A stretch of DNA of 64,000 bases. Source: Macrostomum lignano. Lineage: Eukaryota. Made by a program: the position numbers and the translations under genes. Each line of letters begins with the position of its first letter. Position 1 is the stretch's first letter. The stretch is taken from contig NIVC01000694.1 in NCBI GenBank assembly GCA_002269645.1, forward strand, positions 62,001 to 126,000, written 5' to 3'. Below the pieces are notes generated by a model. It did not search any database, had not been told where the DNA came from, and saw nothing but the letters and a program-made list of their open reading frames with translations. This document shows positions 36,330 through 48,600 of the stretch, piece after piece.

Positions 36330-36480
36330 AGCAAACATTTTATTGCTGGGTGCACCGAAGCAATGCAGAGTTAAGTGGTCTTGCTCAAAAACACAAACTG
36401 TTTTGAGTGGGTCTCAATCAAACCCTCGACAGCTCGGTCGTGAGTCTGACGCTCGAACTGACCACTATGCCACAACCCAT
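36330..36480 (-). mobile_element. tRNA-derived SINE fragment with CORE/V-like central domain
   Basis: Minus strand has A-box-like TGGCATAGTGG, B-box-like GGTTTGATT, then TTTGAGCAAGACCACTTAACTCT..CACCCAGCAATAAAATG resembling conserved SINE central domains (from recall). Confidence 0.5.
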
Positions 36481-39063
36481 AGCAGATTAAAAATTAGAAA
36501 CTATACAGTTCTGCAAGAGCAGTGCAATCAGTTGGTTCAGAATGAGCAACTTATTAGATACTCAAAGCGATTACAATCTCAGAATTTAAACCTCTTAGTT
36601 TTCATTGTTTGCTAAACATTCTATTTTAGAAGAGAAAACAAAGCTACGAGTAGGAGAACCGGGGAGCTGGACCAAGAAGAGTGAGGAGAGACGTAGAGTG
36701 ATCAGAAGAACTCTCCGGAATCAACAGGTTTTTATTGCCGCTCAAAGCTTTGTTCGCAAACCATAATTTGTGAATGAACAGGTCAGCAGTTTCAGTCAAT
36801 AAAGTTTTCGAAACTATAAGTCACAATAGCGCATGCGGAACCTCAAAAGTCATTTTTTGCTCAGAAAAATGGCTGCACTATGCGCACACGTTCGATTATT
36901 ACGTCCCTCTAAACGCTTCTTACAACTTAAACCATTATGAGCCGGGATACGCCTTGTTGTTAATGCCTTATTTTAATCCAGCCTTGTAACCCCACTGTAG
37001 ATTGGCAGTCATCTTGGACACAGAAATGCCGCACGAGCTGTGACCCAGTACATGTACGCTTTGCTCCACAGCAGCTTTTTAATTCCATACAGATGTTCCA
37101 CCGATACTGCTTACTTGATAATCTACTCGTAACTTGATAATGCTTTATTTGTTGCTTAATCGCTTGCTTAATGAGCAGTCAAAATATTCTTCAGAAAATG
37201 TATTCTCATCCGTGCATCAGTGCAAAATCGACCCTTAGAAGTTAATTTATTCGAGAGTTGCCAGCATTGCTACCCAAGAGACTCCTTCAGTTCACTGCAA
37301 ATCAAAAAGGACAGTTCTTTGATGAAGCCTGTAGCCCCAAATAACCTGAGATTTCTGGGTTAGCTACTCATACAAGTGAAGCGTCTTATTCATCGCAGGA
37401 TACACACAGGACGCATCAATCACTGCGGCATATTCGGTGCGTGCTTGAAATATGTATGCACTAAACTTGGCAGTCGCCATATTTCATCAACTTTAAACTC
37501 CACAATCCTCATATTTCACAACCCTTTATTTAACTCTCTCCCAAGTTTTTCCCAATCCCTAATCTATACAAGAGTCTCAATCTTCACATTGTGCACACGC
37601 TTTCACAACCTCAATTTGGGATAGTATTTGGGACTGAAATATGAGGAATATACATTTTGAGGTGTTTCGCTTCCCTCTGAAAATCAGCAAACGATTTATG
37701 GATATAGCGAGTGTCCTGAAAACCGTTGCACTTTATGCGCACCAACTGTGAGCTAGCATTTTTATTTTTGCCCTTTAACTTAAGTTACTTAACGGTGATA
37801 CAGTAAGCGTGTGCCAGTCTCAGAAAACTAATTTGGAGGCTAGCTACGAGCTCGTATATTGAGCTAAAAAATTAAAAATTGTAGATGACCGCGGTCAACA
37901 CTTCAAAGCCCACTAACTCCATGAAGAGACATAAAAGTTTCATTAAAAGCTTGAAAAGCAGGCAATTTAATTTGCTCACAGACACAACTTTAACCACGCA
38001 ACCAAGCAATTCAAAAGTTATGGAAGAAGCAATTTATGAAAAATCGAACATATGCAATATGGGGATGCAAATTTTTGTGATTGTGAAGTTGGGGGTAATT
38101 GTGAGTCGTGAAAAATTGGGAATGAGAACATTTCTCAGACGCCGAATCATATGTATTAGCACTGCTTGAATTTTTTTACGTTTAAAAAATTTGCCCAACA
38201 CTAATAATACATAGAGTGAATGATCAAGCTGGAAGAAATTAGGTTTCAATTTTAATTTAAAGACAAAATCGTTAAAAAAAACACTTACTTTCGAAGCAGT
38301 ACTTTTTTGACGAAAACAGCGACAAAACTGCAATAATGCAGCAGCAGTCTGGCCGCTTTTAAAAGGAAAATAAGGAACTCCGCAAACGACAGAGTAGGCT
38401 GTACAATGAGAGTACAGTGTATGCACGCAAAACTATACGTACACAGACATAGAGAGAACAAAATGAAGTGGAAAAACCATGGAAAAGCCGTCAGAACATG
38501 GAGCTATTAGCGTACATTACTTGTGCGAGTACTCTCAGCGTGTGCATTCAAAAGCGAAGCAATTTGCTCTGGGAATAGTGAGACTATACTTCAGCTTTTA
38601 AAAAATGAAATAAATAAACAGTTGCAAACAACGACATTTCAAGTTAGTACGCTCTCAATATTAAGAACTTAAATGAAGAATGCTGGCATTATCAGTGTCC
38701 TTGTACGCGTTCCGAAGAAAGTGGCATTATGGCTCTGCATTTCCAAAAAGTGATTAGCTGTTGCAGATGATAGAAAAATTAAATTAAACAAAGGGAAGAA
38801 TTCCTCCTGAAAAATTACGAGCTCAGCATGTGCACTTGTACAAGCGAACCAACATATTCAACAAGTAGAACGCCGCGTCGCATTGCACAGCCAACTTGAG
38901 GCGACTGAGTTAATGTTAAAATTTCAGACTCGAAAAACTCAAAGCCAAAGCCGATGCTGACAGCGGAAAATTCAAATTAGAGCATTGATGCTGAGTAAAA
39001 CAAAAGTTGGAAAGCCTTAGTCTTTTTTTCACTCAACTCTTGGTCTTTATGATTCGGTCAGTT

Positions 39064-41171
39064 CTAAGCACGAGGCTCCACGTAAAGCTCCGGCAGCTCC
39101 TGCAGGTCTCCATTACCATCCAGAAAAGTGCCAAGAAGCTCATCCATGGGATCTTGAGAAACAGTTGGCTTCTCATCACGCCTGATCTTCTTATTTGCAG
39201 GGCCTGAGCCTGAAAATCATCATGGATAATAAAAGTATTGTTAAAGGATTTACAGCATTAAATTTAGTAACCAAACGGTTTACCTGACGGATCATTAATC
39301 AGCTCCAGTTTCACCGGCTCGCTCGAGTCATCATTCTTCTTGTCCACGAGAGTCACAGAAAATGAGCCGGAAACAGCGTTTGTCAAGATCGGCTGCTCGA
39401 AGTTGAACACTACCAGGTGCTGTAAAGGAATTAGGAACACGCTTTAGAGACATGAACGCACGAACTGACAAACTGACGAAGGTTTTCTCAGTACTACTAA
39501 TCTTCAGCAGCTTCTGAAAAACATAACCGGGACAAAAGGCTATCGGAATTGCATGATTAAAGAACTTAATTTTGATTACGAGTACAACCAGTGATTTCAG
39601 AGGCTGCAATCGTACAACCCATGCATGTGTTCCACCGTCATGTACAGTACAAATTAAATAGGTACCTATACTGCTCACTCAGTCCTGACTGAGATTGCGT
39701 CATTAAACACGTGCATCGGTTCCAACAAACGCAATAGACTTCCTCAATTCTCAGTCCTTTACAACGCATTTCTGCATCAGTTTACACATGAACTCTGAGA
39801 CTTTACCTTCTTCAACTCCTTCGGTTGCAGCTCAATAATCATAAACGGCTCTGATTCATGCTCCAGCCGCACAGTTAATTCGGAAACGGTCTGAACTGCA
39901 ATTGTGATCAGATTTATTTGCATTCAGGCATTCAAAAAAGCACAATTTGGTACTCAAAATAAAAGCTGCATACCTGGCAGATCGTCCTTCGTGTAAAGCC
40001 ACACGTCCTGGTCGGGACGCGACACCGAGTCCGGAATGATTAACTCGATTTCCGTTTTGGAGAAGATCTCTGAAAAGAAAAAGCTCTTGTTCTAAGTCAA
40101 ACAGTCTCTCAGGTCATCTACCTGATTGCAAATACCTAACGCAAAGTTAAAGGGAAAGTTCACTCACTGGCATCTCCAATGACTTCGGTGTACACAGGTC
40201 TGCAGTCCGCAGCGAGCCAGTCGCTTAAGCCCGGCAGCTGATAAAACACTTGGAAGGCCAGTCTGAGTTTGTTGATGTCTTTGCCTTGGAATGGATTCTG
40301 CCTTGGTGGCTCTGCGGATGAATGAAAGCTTGCCTTCTTGAAAAGACAAATTCAGCGTTTTGAAGGTCTATTAAATCACGACTTACTTCCAAAAAAGTTG
40401 TACTTTTGAATTCTTTCCATGTAAAAGTTATCTTCTTGTGCGGTTCCATTCTGCATGCCGATATGTGCTGGAACTCCATTCTCAGAGGCTCCGCTCGGCT
40501 TGCCTTTCGACTTCCTCTGCTTTTTCGGAGTGCACACGATGCCGACCTTCTCCAGCCTGAGTAGAAGCAGAATGCATCAATCAGGTAGTAGGTGCAACAG
40601 GAGATCCTTCATCTCTTTCTAATACTTTGTTTCCTAATGTCTTTATGGTCATACTTGCACTTTTAGCTCACTTTTTATGCTGTGTGGGCCAGCATAAGCC
40701 CAGAAATACAGGGTCCGCAACAGGAGAACGGAATTCGCAAAAAGTCTTGCCTCTCCACACTTCTAAAACTGACCCATGCTCGACTTCTTCCGAGAAGGAA
40801 AAAGTGGACACTCCTCAGATAAACTAGACTGCGATAAAGACTGAGACTCACTTCACTTCCTGCTCGGATGGCCCGGATTCGCTGCTCAGCTCCTTCTCGA
40901 ACACGCCGTTCCGACAGTCGTCCCCAGTCAGGTAGAACGGGTGCGTCATCAGGTCCTCGAATACGGTGCAGCCGACCAGCTTCAGCTTGCAGCCGGGGCT
41001 CACAGATTGGACAGTCGCAGTCACTGCAACAGGAGTCTTGCCTCCAGGAGCGCGGCTGCGCAGAACACTGCCCATGCGGCCATCGCTGACCTCCTTCAGG
41101 TAGCGAAATCGATGGATTTTCGTCGGCTGATGAGCGATGGACAGAGACAGCTTGGGAGTCGCTTCGGACAT
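39064..41171 (-). CDS. Rel-homology-domain transcription factor, paralog 2 (recent duplicate of paralog 1)
   Basis: Same exon structure; HQPTKIHRFRYLKE, identical HPFYLTGDDCRNGVF, in-frame exons where checked, tail KKIRRDEKPTVSQDPMDELLGTFLDGNGDLQELPELYVEPRA-stop. Confidence 0.83.
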
Positions 41172-41735
41172 TTGAGTTGCTGAAACACATTTACACAGGT
41201 ACAGAACGCATTTGATCACATTACCATGTTCTGGCAATAATCTGTGTCTATCCTCGTTAAATTGTTCTAGGATGTCTCTATGCAATGTGATAGGACACTA
41301 TGGATAAAGGCTACATTTAAACTATGGATACAGAGAGGAACAAATGTGTCCTTTGCCTGCTGTTGTTATAAAAATAAAAAATAGACAAAAAATGAAAAAT
41401 ATTCCTTTTTTATAACTTATATATTAATTTAAAAAAGTAAATTTCATTGAGCCTAAATAAAAGAAAAATTTCTGCTCTTCTCTACTCAATTTCTTTTAGA
41501 TTTACCAGTAAGATCCATATCTATAAGATTTTTATGAGTAAGTGTTGCTGTGTTTCTTTAAGTCATCTCAGGAAATAAATTCCATTAGCACAAAGAAGAT
41601 CCTTTGGAATGTAATCCGAAAGTCTGAGTCTCCTGACTCGAAAATTGCTGTCTGCTGAAAAAACGCAGACTGCCACCGACGTGAACTTCGAGTGATTCGC
41701 GCTCGCATTCAATTCGCGGCCAGGGGGCATGAAGG

Positions 41736-43741
41736 TCAAGTCTCTTCCTGCACAAGCGAGGCAGTAGCGGGTCGCTTCCGAGCTGTCCTGGCCTGTTAAT
41801 TGAAGCAGAAGATTTATTTTCCGTCATTGGAGCTCATTTGGATCAAAAAGTCAAAATTTCGAAACTGCTTACAACCTGTTCTCCAGGAAGGAACGCGATA
41901 GTAAGCGCCGAATTTGTTGAGTCCTCGGTTTTGGCCAAGTTCTGTTCGACGAGCACTTTGGCCTTCGTCCGCTCGGTCTTCACGTACATCTGAACGCCTG
42001 GCACAGTGACGATGATGAGGTGCTGCAAGGTACGCAGATTTTTGTCGTTACCTGGCGCATCAAAAGCCTCTATTGTCTGTCAGTATAAACTGCAGGCAGG
42101 TTTTACCTTCATCACTTTTTTTGACACAGCCAGAAACGGGCACAGTTGTCTCACTGCTCTCAACACTGAGCTCGAATACTACTCGAATTTCCTCTTTAAT
42201 TGGCATTTGTGCTGAAAAAATTTATAAATGTTTGGCTCGTCTTTAGAAAGCACGATTCAATCAACAAATTCGTATCTCTAATAACAAAAGCTGCGCCCTT
42301 ACAATTTGTGCAATAGATGGCGATTTCGCCTCCATTTGGCGCAACTTCGGGAGGATTCAATGACTCCGGGCAAATGACCCTGACTTCTTCTGGAGAATTT
42401 AAAGATGAGTTACTGACGTCAACTCTTGATAGAAGCTATGAGTAGTACAGTACTACAGTAGTGACGGCTAATTCATTATTTTCTTGAAACTGTCCAGAAG
42501 GCTCTCGATAGGGCTCGATGAAGCAGAAACTCAAGCCAGAGAATGAGAAACGGAGGCTCAAGAGGACAAAAAAAATTGTACTATTTGTTTAGACTTTCGG
42601 CCCAAAACTAGCTAATGAAAATCTCACTAGTCGTACATACTGATATCGGCGATCACATCACTGAATATTGGCTGCAGGTAGTGGCAGTAGCCAGTGCCAG
42701 AGAAGCTGAGCTGGAAAACCAGACGAATCGAGCCCAGATTTCTGCCGTTGTACTTCTGAGCCGGCTGGTTCAGACCTGGATGAGCAATTCACGTTCGAGC
42801 ATTTAAGGTAAAGTACCGGATGAATTTTCTAGCTAATTAATAAAAAAACTCACCGTTGGGGAGAAGACAGCTCTGAAACTGTTCCTCGCCCTTTTTCAGT
42901 GCCTCCTGAATGGCACCAGACGACGTCTTGCAACGAATAACAGCCAGCCTTTCGAACCTGAAACATCGGACGGTTCCAGAGCGTCAATCATCATTTTGCT
43001 AAGCTTGCACAGCAGCTATAAAAGAGGCGCAGGGCACAGCCATAAAATACTTTGAGATATTGTATACATTTGTAAACATGCAAAGCATAGCCATGAAGTG
43101 TTCTAGAAACTATGACAGGACAGATTCTCCTGGAACCTCAGGGAGCAGCTGGAAGTAATACAACGAGCATCTCCATCATCAACGTTTCCTTCTGTTCTGC
43201 TGTGCATCTCATGTACCTTCAAATTCTAGTAACTGCAAGCCTCTCCCACTGGTAACTGCTGCGCTTGAAGAGTTTAACTACTCGATTTTGTCTGCGACGC
43301 TCTCGTTGAATCGGTTCCGAAAAACCTGGAATTTGAGTGCGGCGTGATCATTACACCCGAACTCAAATACTATACTACTCTTGAGCAAGCATAATTTAAC
43401 ATAATCTAAAAAGAAATTGAGCATTACTTTATTTCAGCATCGCTTTGGGTCCTATTGTCGACGTGCTTCACCCAGAAAAAGCAGCCATCTCTGCAGCCGT
43501 CTCCGTGCAGGTAGTAGGGATGCAGCTCTCCATTCTGACTGGCCACGCACACAAACAACTGCAGCTCGCGGTGCACTGCTGGGTCGATTCCACTGATCTT
43601 CAGCTTGATGAAGGCTCTGTTGTCCTTTCCGGTTGAGCCGCGGCCGAGCAGCAGGCCGCCAATCTTGTTGGTTGAGATCTCCGACTCGTAGCGGGGACGG
43701 TGGTGCTCAACCGGCTGAGTCAGAATCTCTAACGCAAGCAT
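41736..43741 (-). CDS. Rel-homology-domain transcription factor, paralog 3 (divergent, NFAT-like recognition loop)
   Basis: MLALEILTQPVEHHRPRYESE, LHPYYLHGDGCRDG, FERLAVIRCK, NLGSIRLVFQLSF..LQPIFSDVIAD, GGEIAIYC, EEIRVVFE, HLIIVTVP, RKRP; intron positions match paralogs 1 and 2; one exon needs a 1-nt correction in an A7 run near 42116-42122; 5' and 3' ends less certain. Confidence 0.78.
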
Positions 43742-44746
43742 CTGATGAAGTATAAAATAATGAGAATCAATGTTCATATCTGCTACAACAAAAATTGTTT
43801 AATTCTATGCGCATTTTTTCACTTTTTACCGTGCATACCTGATAATATGGCTCCTGGCAAATCGCTTGCAAAAGGATATGAGCAAAGAGATGCCAGCCTC
43901 TTCCTCTAATGCATGAAGCAGTAAAACTGCTCAGTTCTAGTTCAGCCTGAAAGAGCAGGTTTTAAAACAAATTTAGAGTTGGACGGTGTGGAAACCCCAT
44001 GGCAGTGCCCAGTATATTCCACGGCATTGCCTTGGAATAGCCTAAAAAGCTGTACACTGCAGACGGGTTTTCCATGGGAGAGCCAGCAGCTGAAGCTATT
44101 TTTAGAAAATATTCATAAGTTCCTTATAGCATGTTCACAGTCTGGCGCAGGCGCTACAGTGCTTGGAGCTTGGAGGATTCTAGTGCTTGGAGCACTAGAT
44201 TGGGAAATTTAGGCTTTGGAATTGTATTGTAAGCTGAGCACAGATTCACTATTGCCTACTTGAACCGGTTTCAATAAAAATAGTTTTCAAGTCATTAATT
44301 CTGTTGAAACTAAGCTTTTACAATTGGACTTGATTAGTTGATTTTTTATGAACACAACAAATTCAAAAGCAAAAGACTGTTTTAGTTACAAAAACTAATA
44401 TTAAATGAAATATACCTCTTACCTCGATTGAGTTCTGAACAGTTGGATCAGACAGAGCAGCTACTCAGTCTACCGAGATTATCGGAGTTACCGCAAGTGT
44501 AGTTCAACACACGTTGAAATCGTACGAGTATTATGCATAAAAAATGCTGAAAAGCCCGCGGCAATTCCATCCGATATTCCGTGGAAAATCCATGAAAATT
44601 CTGTGCAATGTACAGATGAATGTACACTGAACAGTGGGCATTAGAGAATGAATGAACAAGGCACTAGTTATTATTGTAGAACAAGCAGAATGAGTAGAAC
44701 GTTTTTTTTAAACCCAAGCTTAACTTCTCTTTGCATACCTGCCGAG

Positions 44747-45400
44747 GGATGCACGCAAATTCGGCGACAGAAAGTTAACACGGACCAATTCGGCAAAAGA
44801 AAATTCGGTGACACATATTTTTATAGCTAAAGAGACAAGTTAAAGCAAATTACATGTAAAGGCTTCCTTAAAATGCTCGTGAAAGTTTATAAAGTTTAAC
44901 CAAAACAACTTTAGTTTAAAAAAAATTTTTGGTCTTTGTCCACACCCGTACGCTTTTTACCTAGGAAGCAAGTTCTGTTTACAATGCTGCTTATCAAGCA
45001 GATGTGACCCGATTCAAGGACTTGTATACAGAATTGTGGAGAATTTTATGCAATTTTATTTTTTCAAATTATATTTGTGATGGAATGACTACGTTTTTCG
45101 ACTGCTACTCATAGTAATAAAACGTGGATTACACAAGCCAAATTAATAAGTTAAGGATCAAACGTTAAAATGACGTTGTTGCCATGTTGTGTTGCAATCA
45201 TAAGATAGAAATAATTTCCTTTCATTGTAACAACCAGCATATGGCTGCCCGGGTCCCTTTCCCCGACATTGTAATCAATTGAAGGACCTTTATAACAATT
45301 GTTTTTCCTTCATTAATTGTCGCCGAATTCGCTTTCGCCGACTTGGTCCATTGTGAATCTCTGTCGCCGAATTTGCTTGTCGCCGAATTGGTCAGCACCC
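44747..45400. mobile_element. Non-autonomous DNA transposon (MITE), Mutator-like
   Basis: Inverted ends with AATTCGGCGAC / GTCGCCGAATT subterminal repeats; 9-bp TSD CCTGCCGAG / CCTACCGAG (8/9). Confidence 0.78.
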
Positions 45401-45672
45401 CCTACCGAGCCATTCGAACCCCCAATCGAACACCCTCCGTTTAACAGGCAACTCCCGTCAGGCAGAGAGAGAGAGCCTTTCACAATAAGATGATAGCTGC
45501 ATGCAAATCAGTAGATGGATTGGCCATAGACTAGGGAGCTTCCCGCCTGCCCAGCAAGATCCTCTGTTTTGAACCCCTGAGTTAGAGTGGAATTTAATAG
45601 TCAACATACACAGCTGAAATTGTCTCTAGCAGTTCAGCGCTGCGTGCGGCAGGTAGCCACTGAATTTACAGC

Positions 45673-48600
45673 ATGGACCCGGACAAGCGGTTCTCCTGGA
45701 GCCTCGCACAGAGCGGCCGCGTGTCAGTCACGCACCAGAGGCATCCCGGTGTGGTGAAGAACCAGGTGCACATCCAGTGCGACTGCCAGCCTGACTCCCT
45801 GCTGTGGGACATCGTCAGCTCAGACCGGCAGGGAGACGTCCGGCCCGCAGCCCCGACCCTGCTGAAGAAGCGGGTCGTCCAGGACGCGGCGCCCGCCTCT
45901 GACGCGGCACCAAGTGCTGCCAAGGCAGCGACAGGCGGCAGCGAGGCGAAGGAGCCGAGTGAAAGGACTCTAGTAGCTCGGGTCAAGTCGGCGAAGCACG
46001 AGAACAACGAGCTGCTGCTGACGGATGGCGAGCTGGTTCTGCAGGGCGAGGTAGTGATCGTGCGCGATGGGGTGCCGTACTTCCAGGCCAAGTCGCAGCT
46101 GGAGGCGCAGCCTTCCGTTGGGCCGCCGACTCTGACAGGCAAATCATTGGACCGGAAAGGCCTGGAGTCCCTGGCGGCCAGGGACAGCCAACACAACCTG
46201 TACTATGGCAACTCGGAGCTGCTTGACGGCCACAAGCCGATCATGCAGGATCCGCAGATTCGCTTCGCCGCCGATGTTGTCCCCATGAAGTCGGCCGCCC
46301 GCGGGCGACCACAGGTCGAGAGCATCGACTTGGACCAGGTGAAGCAGCTCCTGCCGAGCTACGACAAACTCGCCGCCATCGAAGCTGAGGGGAGCAGCGC
46401 AGCCAACCAGACCAGCCTGGAAGTCAAGGGCGAAGGCGGAGAGCTCAACCAGGTGAGGCAGCGTAGAAGACTTGTTGTCTAAACCCCCATCCGCTTAAGG
46501 CCGGTTTGCATTGCCACCAGTAGCTCAGCGGGATCAAGATTGCTCAAGTCAATTTTAAAATCGGTCTGAACCAACCACCTGCGGAGAAGCTACTATGATA
46601 TTGAGTTTGACACAGAACTGCATCTGAAACTCAAACCTGTCTCTCAGGTGGTTTTGGTGAGCGGCCGCTGTGTGCTGAAGGACAACTGCATCGCCATACT
46701 CAGAGGTCTTCTGCACGTCGGCCGCACGTGGCACCGAATTATCAACGGCCAGATTGTGGGCTCGAATGCCGACCACGTGACCATCACGGGCAAGCCGGTG
46801 TACAAGGACGCCTCTGACTGCAGCCACATGCTGATGAACGGCGCCACCCTGTACAGCCTGGGAAGCACGGTGTACGCCGGCAACGCGCCTCTGCTGGAGG
46901 ACGCGGTGCTGCACGCCGACGGCCAAGTGATAAACATCTCGGAGCTGCCTCTGGGCTCCCTGTGCGGCATCCCGGCACCGGAGAGGCCGGAGCCTCCGCG
47001 TCTGTTTGTTCAGGGCGGCCGCTTCTCGGTGCAGAACACCGGCCTGAGCATCCGCGATGGCACAGTCTGGCTGCAGGATGTGCGCATGCAGCTGCCGGAG
47101 GACACCAACGAGGAGGTTCGAGTGAGCGACTCGCTGGTTTTCATCAGCCCGGCCACCGTGGGCCAGGAGGCGAACAGGGTGGGCGAGGCGCGCGACATCA
47201 TCTACGCGAACGGCACGCTGCTGCTCGACGACCTGACACCCCTGCTGAAGGGCGGCTCCGTCTGCCTCGGTGACCAAAAGCAACCGCTGGCCTGGCTGTC
47301 TGGGAATTCTGCAGCCCGCAGCCCGCAGCCCGCAGCTGCCCGCCCCAAAGAAAGAGGAGTTAAAAGACCGCGTGCAGATGCTGACGGAAGCTACTTGCAT
47401 TCTTGACCAGAACGGGCTGTACTTCATCCAGGGCAGCATGATCCTGCAGGGCAAGAAGGTGCTGATCGACCGTGGCGTTCCGATGTTCAGCGCCGAAACC
47501 GCTGAAGAGATCAGGTGAGACAAATTGGGCGAAAATATGCGATGGCGTTGCGCATCACCGCAAACCGAAAGTGAATTTCATTTTTTTACTCCTCAAAACT
47601 ACGAGTACTTCACCTCTTCCTGCAACTGGCCAGGAAGATGAACCTGGGCAGTCCGCCCCCCTGCCTGACCGGCCGGGTGCTGCTCGACGCTCAGACAGCC
47701 AAAGACTTGGGCGCCAAAGCCATCGCGGACTTCTTTGTGCTGAAGGATGTCCGGCTGGACATGACGGACGGCAGGATCATCCTCAACGACCAGGCGCCCA
47801 TCCTGAGTGACTGCCAGCTGGTGATGGACCGGCATCTGCTCAGCCCGATGCAGCTGGGCTTTGAAGCCGGCGGAAAAGAGGCGGCGGCGGCTGAGGCGGC
47901 TAGAATGAGAGAAAAAAATGCGGCAAAGTCAAGAGGCCGGGCTCCGGCAGGGAGGGACAGAGCTCCGGCCATAAAGAAGAAGGGAGCTCCAACTGAAGCG
48001 GACGGTCCGAAGGCGAATGCCGGAGCTGACAAATCAGACGAAGATGAAAATGCAAAGAGCGCAGCGCCAAAAGGTCGTGGCCTTCCGCAGGCGGACGCAG
48101 TTGACGAGGCTGGACTCTCTGATGACGCCAGCACGACACCAACCCAGCAGCCAGTGGCAGCCGCCCTCGCTCTGCAGAAAACCGGCGTCTCAATAGCCGC
48201 AACTTCCACGGCGGACATGGAGGACAGCGGGCGCGGCACCTCCGACTGGGCGGAGAGCAGCCAGCGGGCGGCGACCGCTCTGGGCAGCGTGACGGAAACT
48301 CCGGGGGGTAAAAAGTCGAGGCCCGCGACAGACTCGGAAAGTGAGGCGGATGCTGGCAATGCGGGGAGCCGGGTCGCCTCCGCCTCCGACCGCCGCGGTG
48401 GTAGGGGTGGAGCGCCGTCGGGGTCAGAAGAAGCGCCATCAGAGCCATCAGCATCAGGCGGCAAGGCGGCCCAAAGGGGCTTGGAGAAAAGGTCGCGTCA
48501 GACAGAAAGTGACGACTCGGGCAGGCCGCGGACAGAACCGGCAGACGGCGAAAAAAGGAAAATTTCAAGCCGATATTCAGATTTCAACTCGGACGGCACG

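Noticed and set aside
36990-37620. Possible transposase relic (VEHLYG, FKVDEIW fragments on minus strand)
   Set aside because: Fragments too short, no consistent catalytic triad and no termini.
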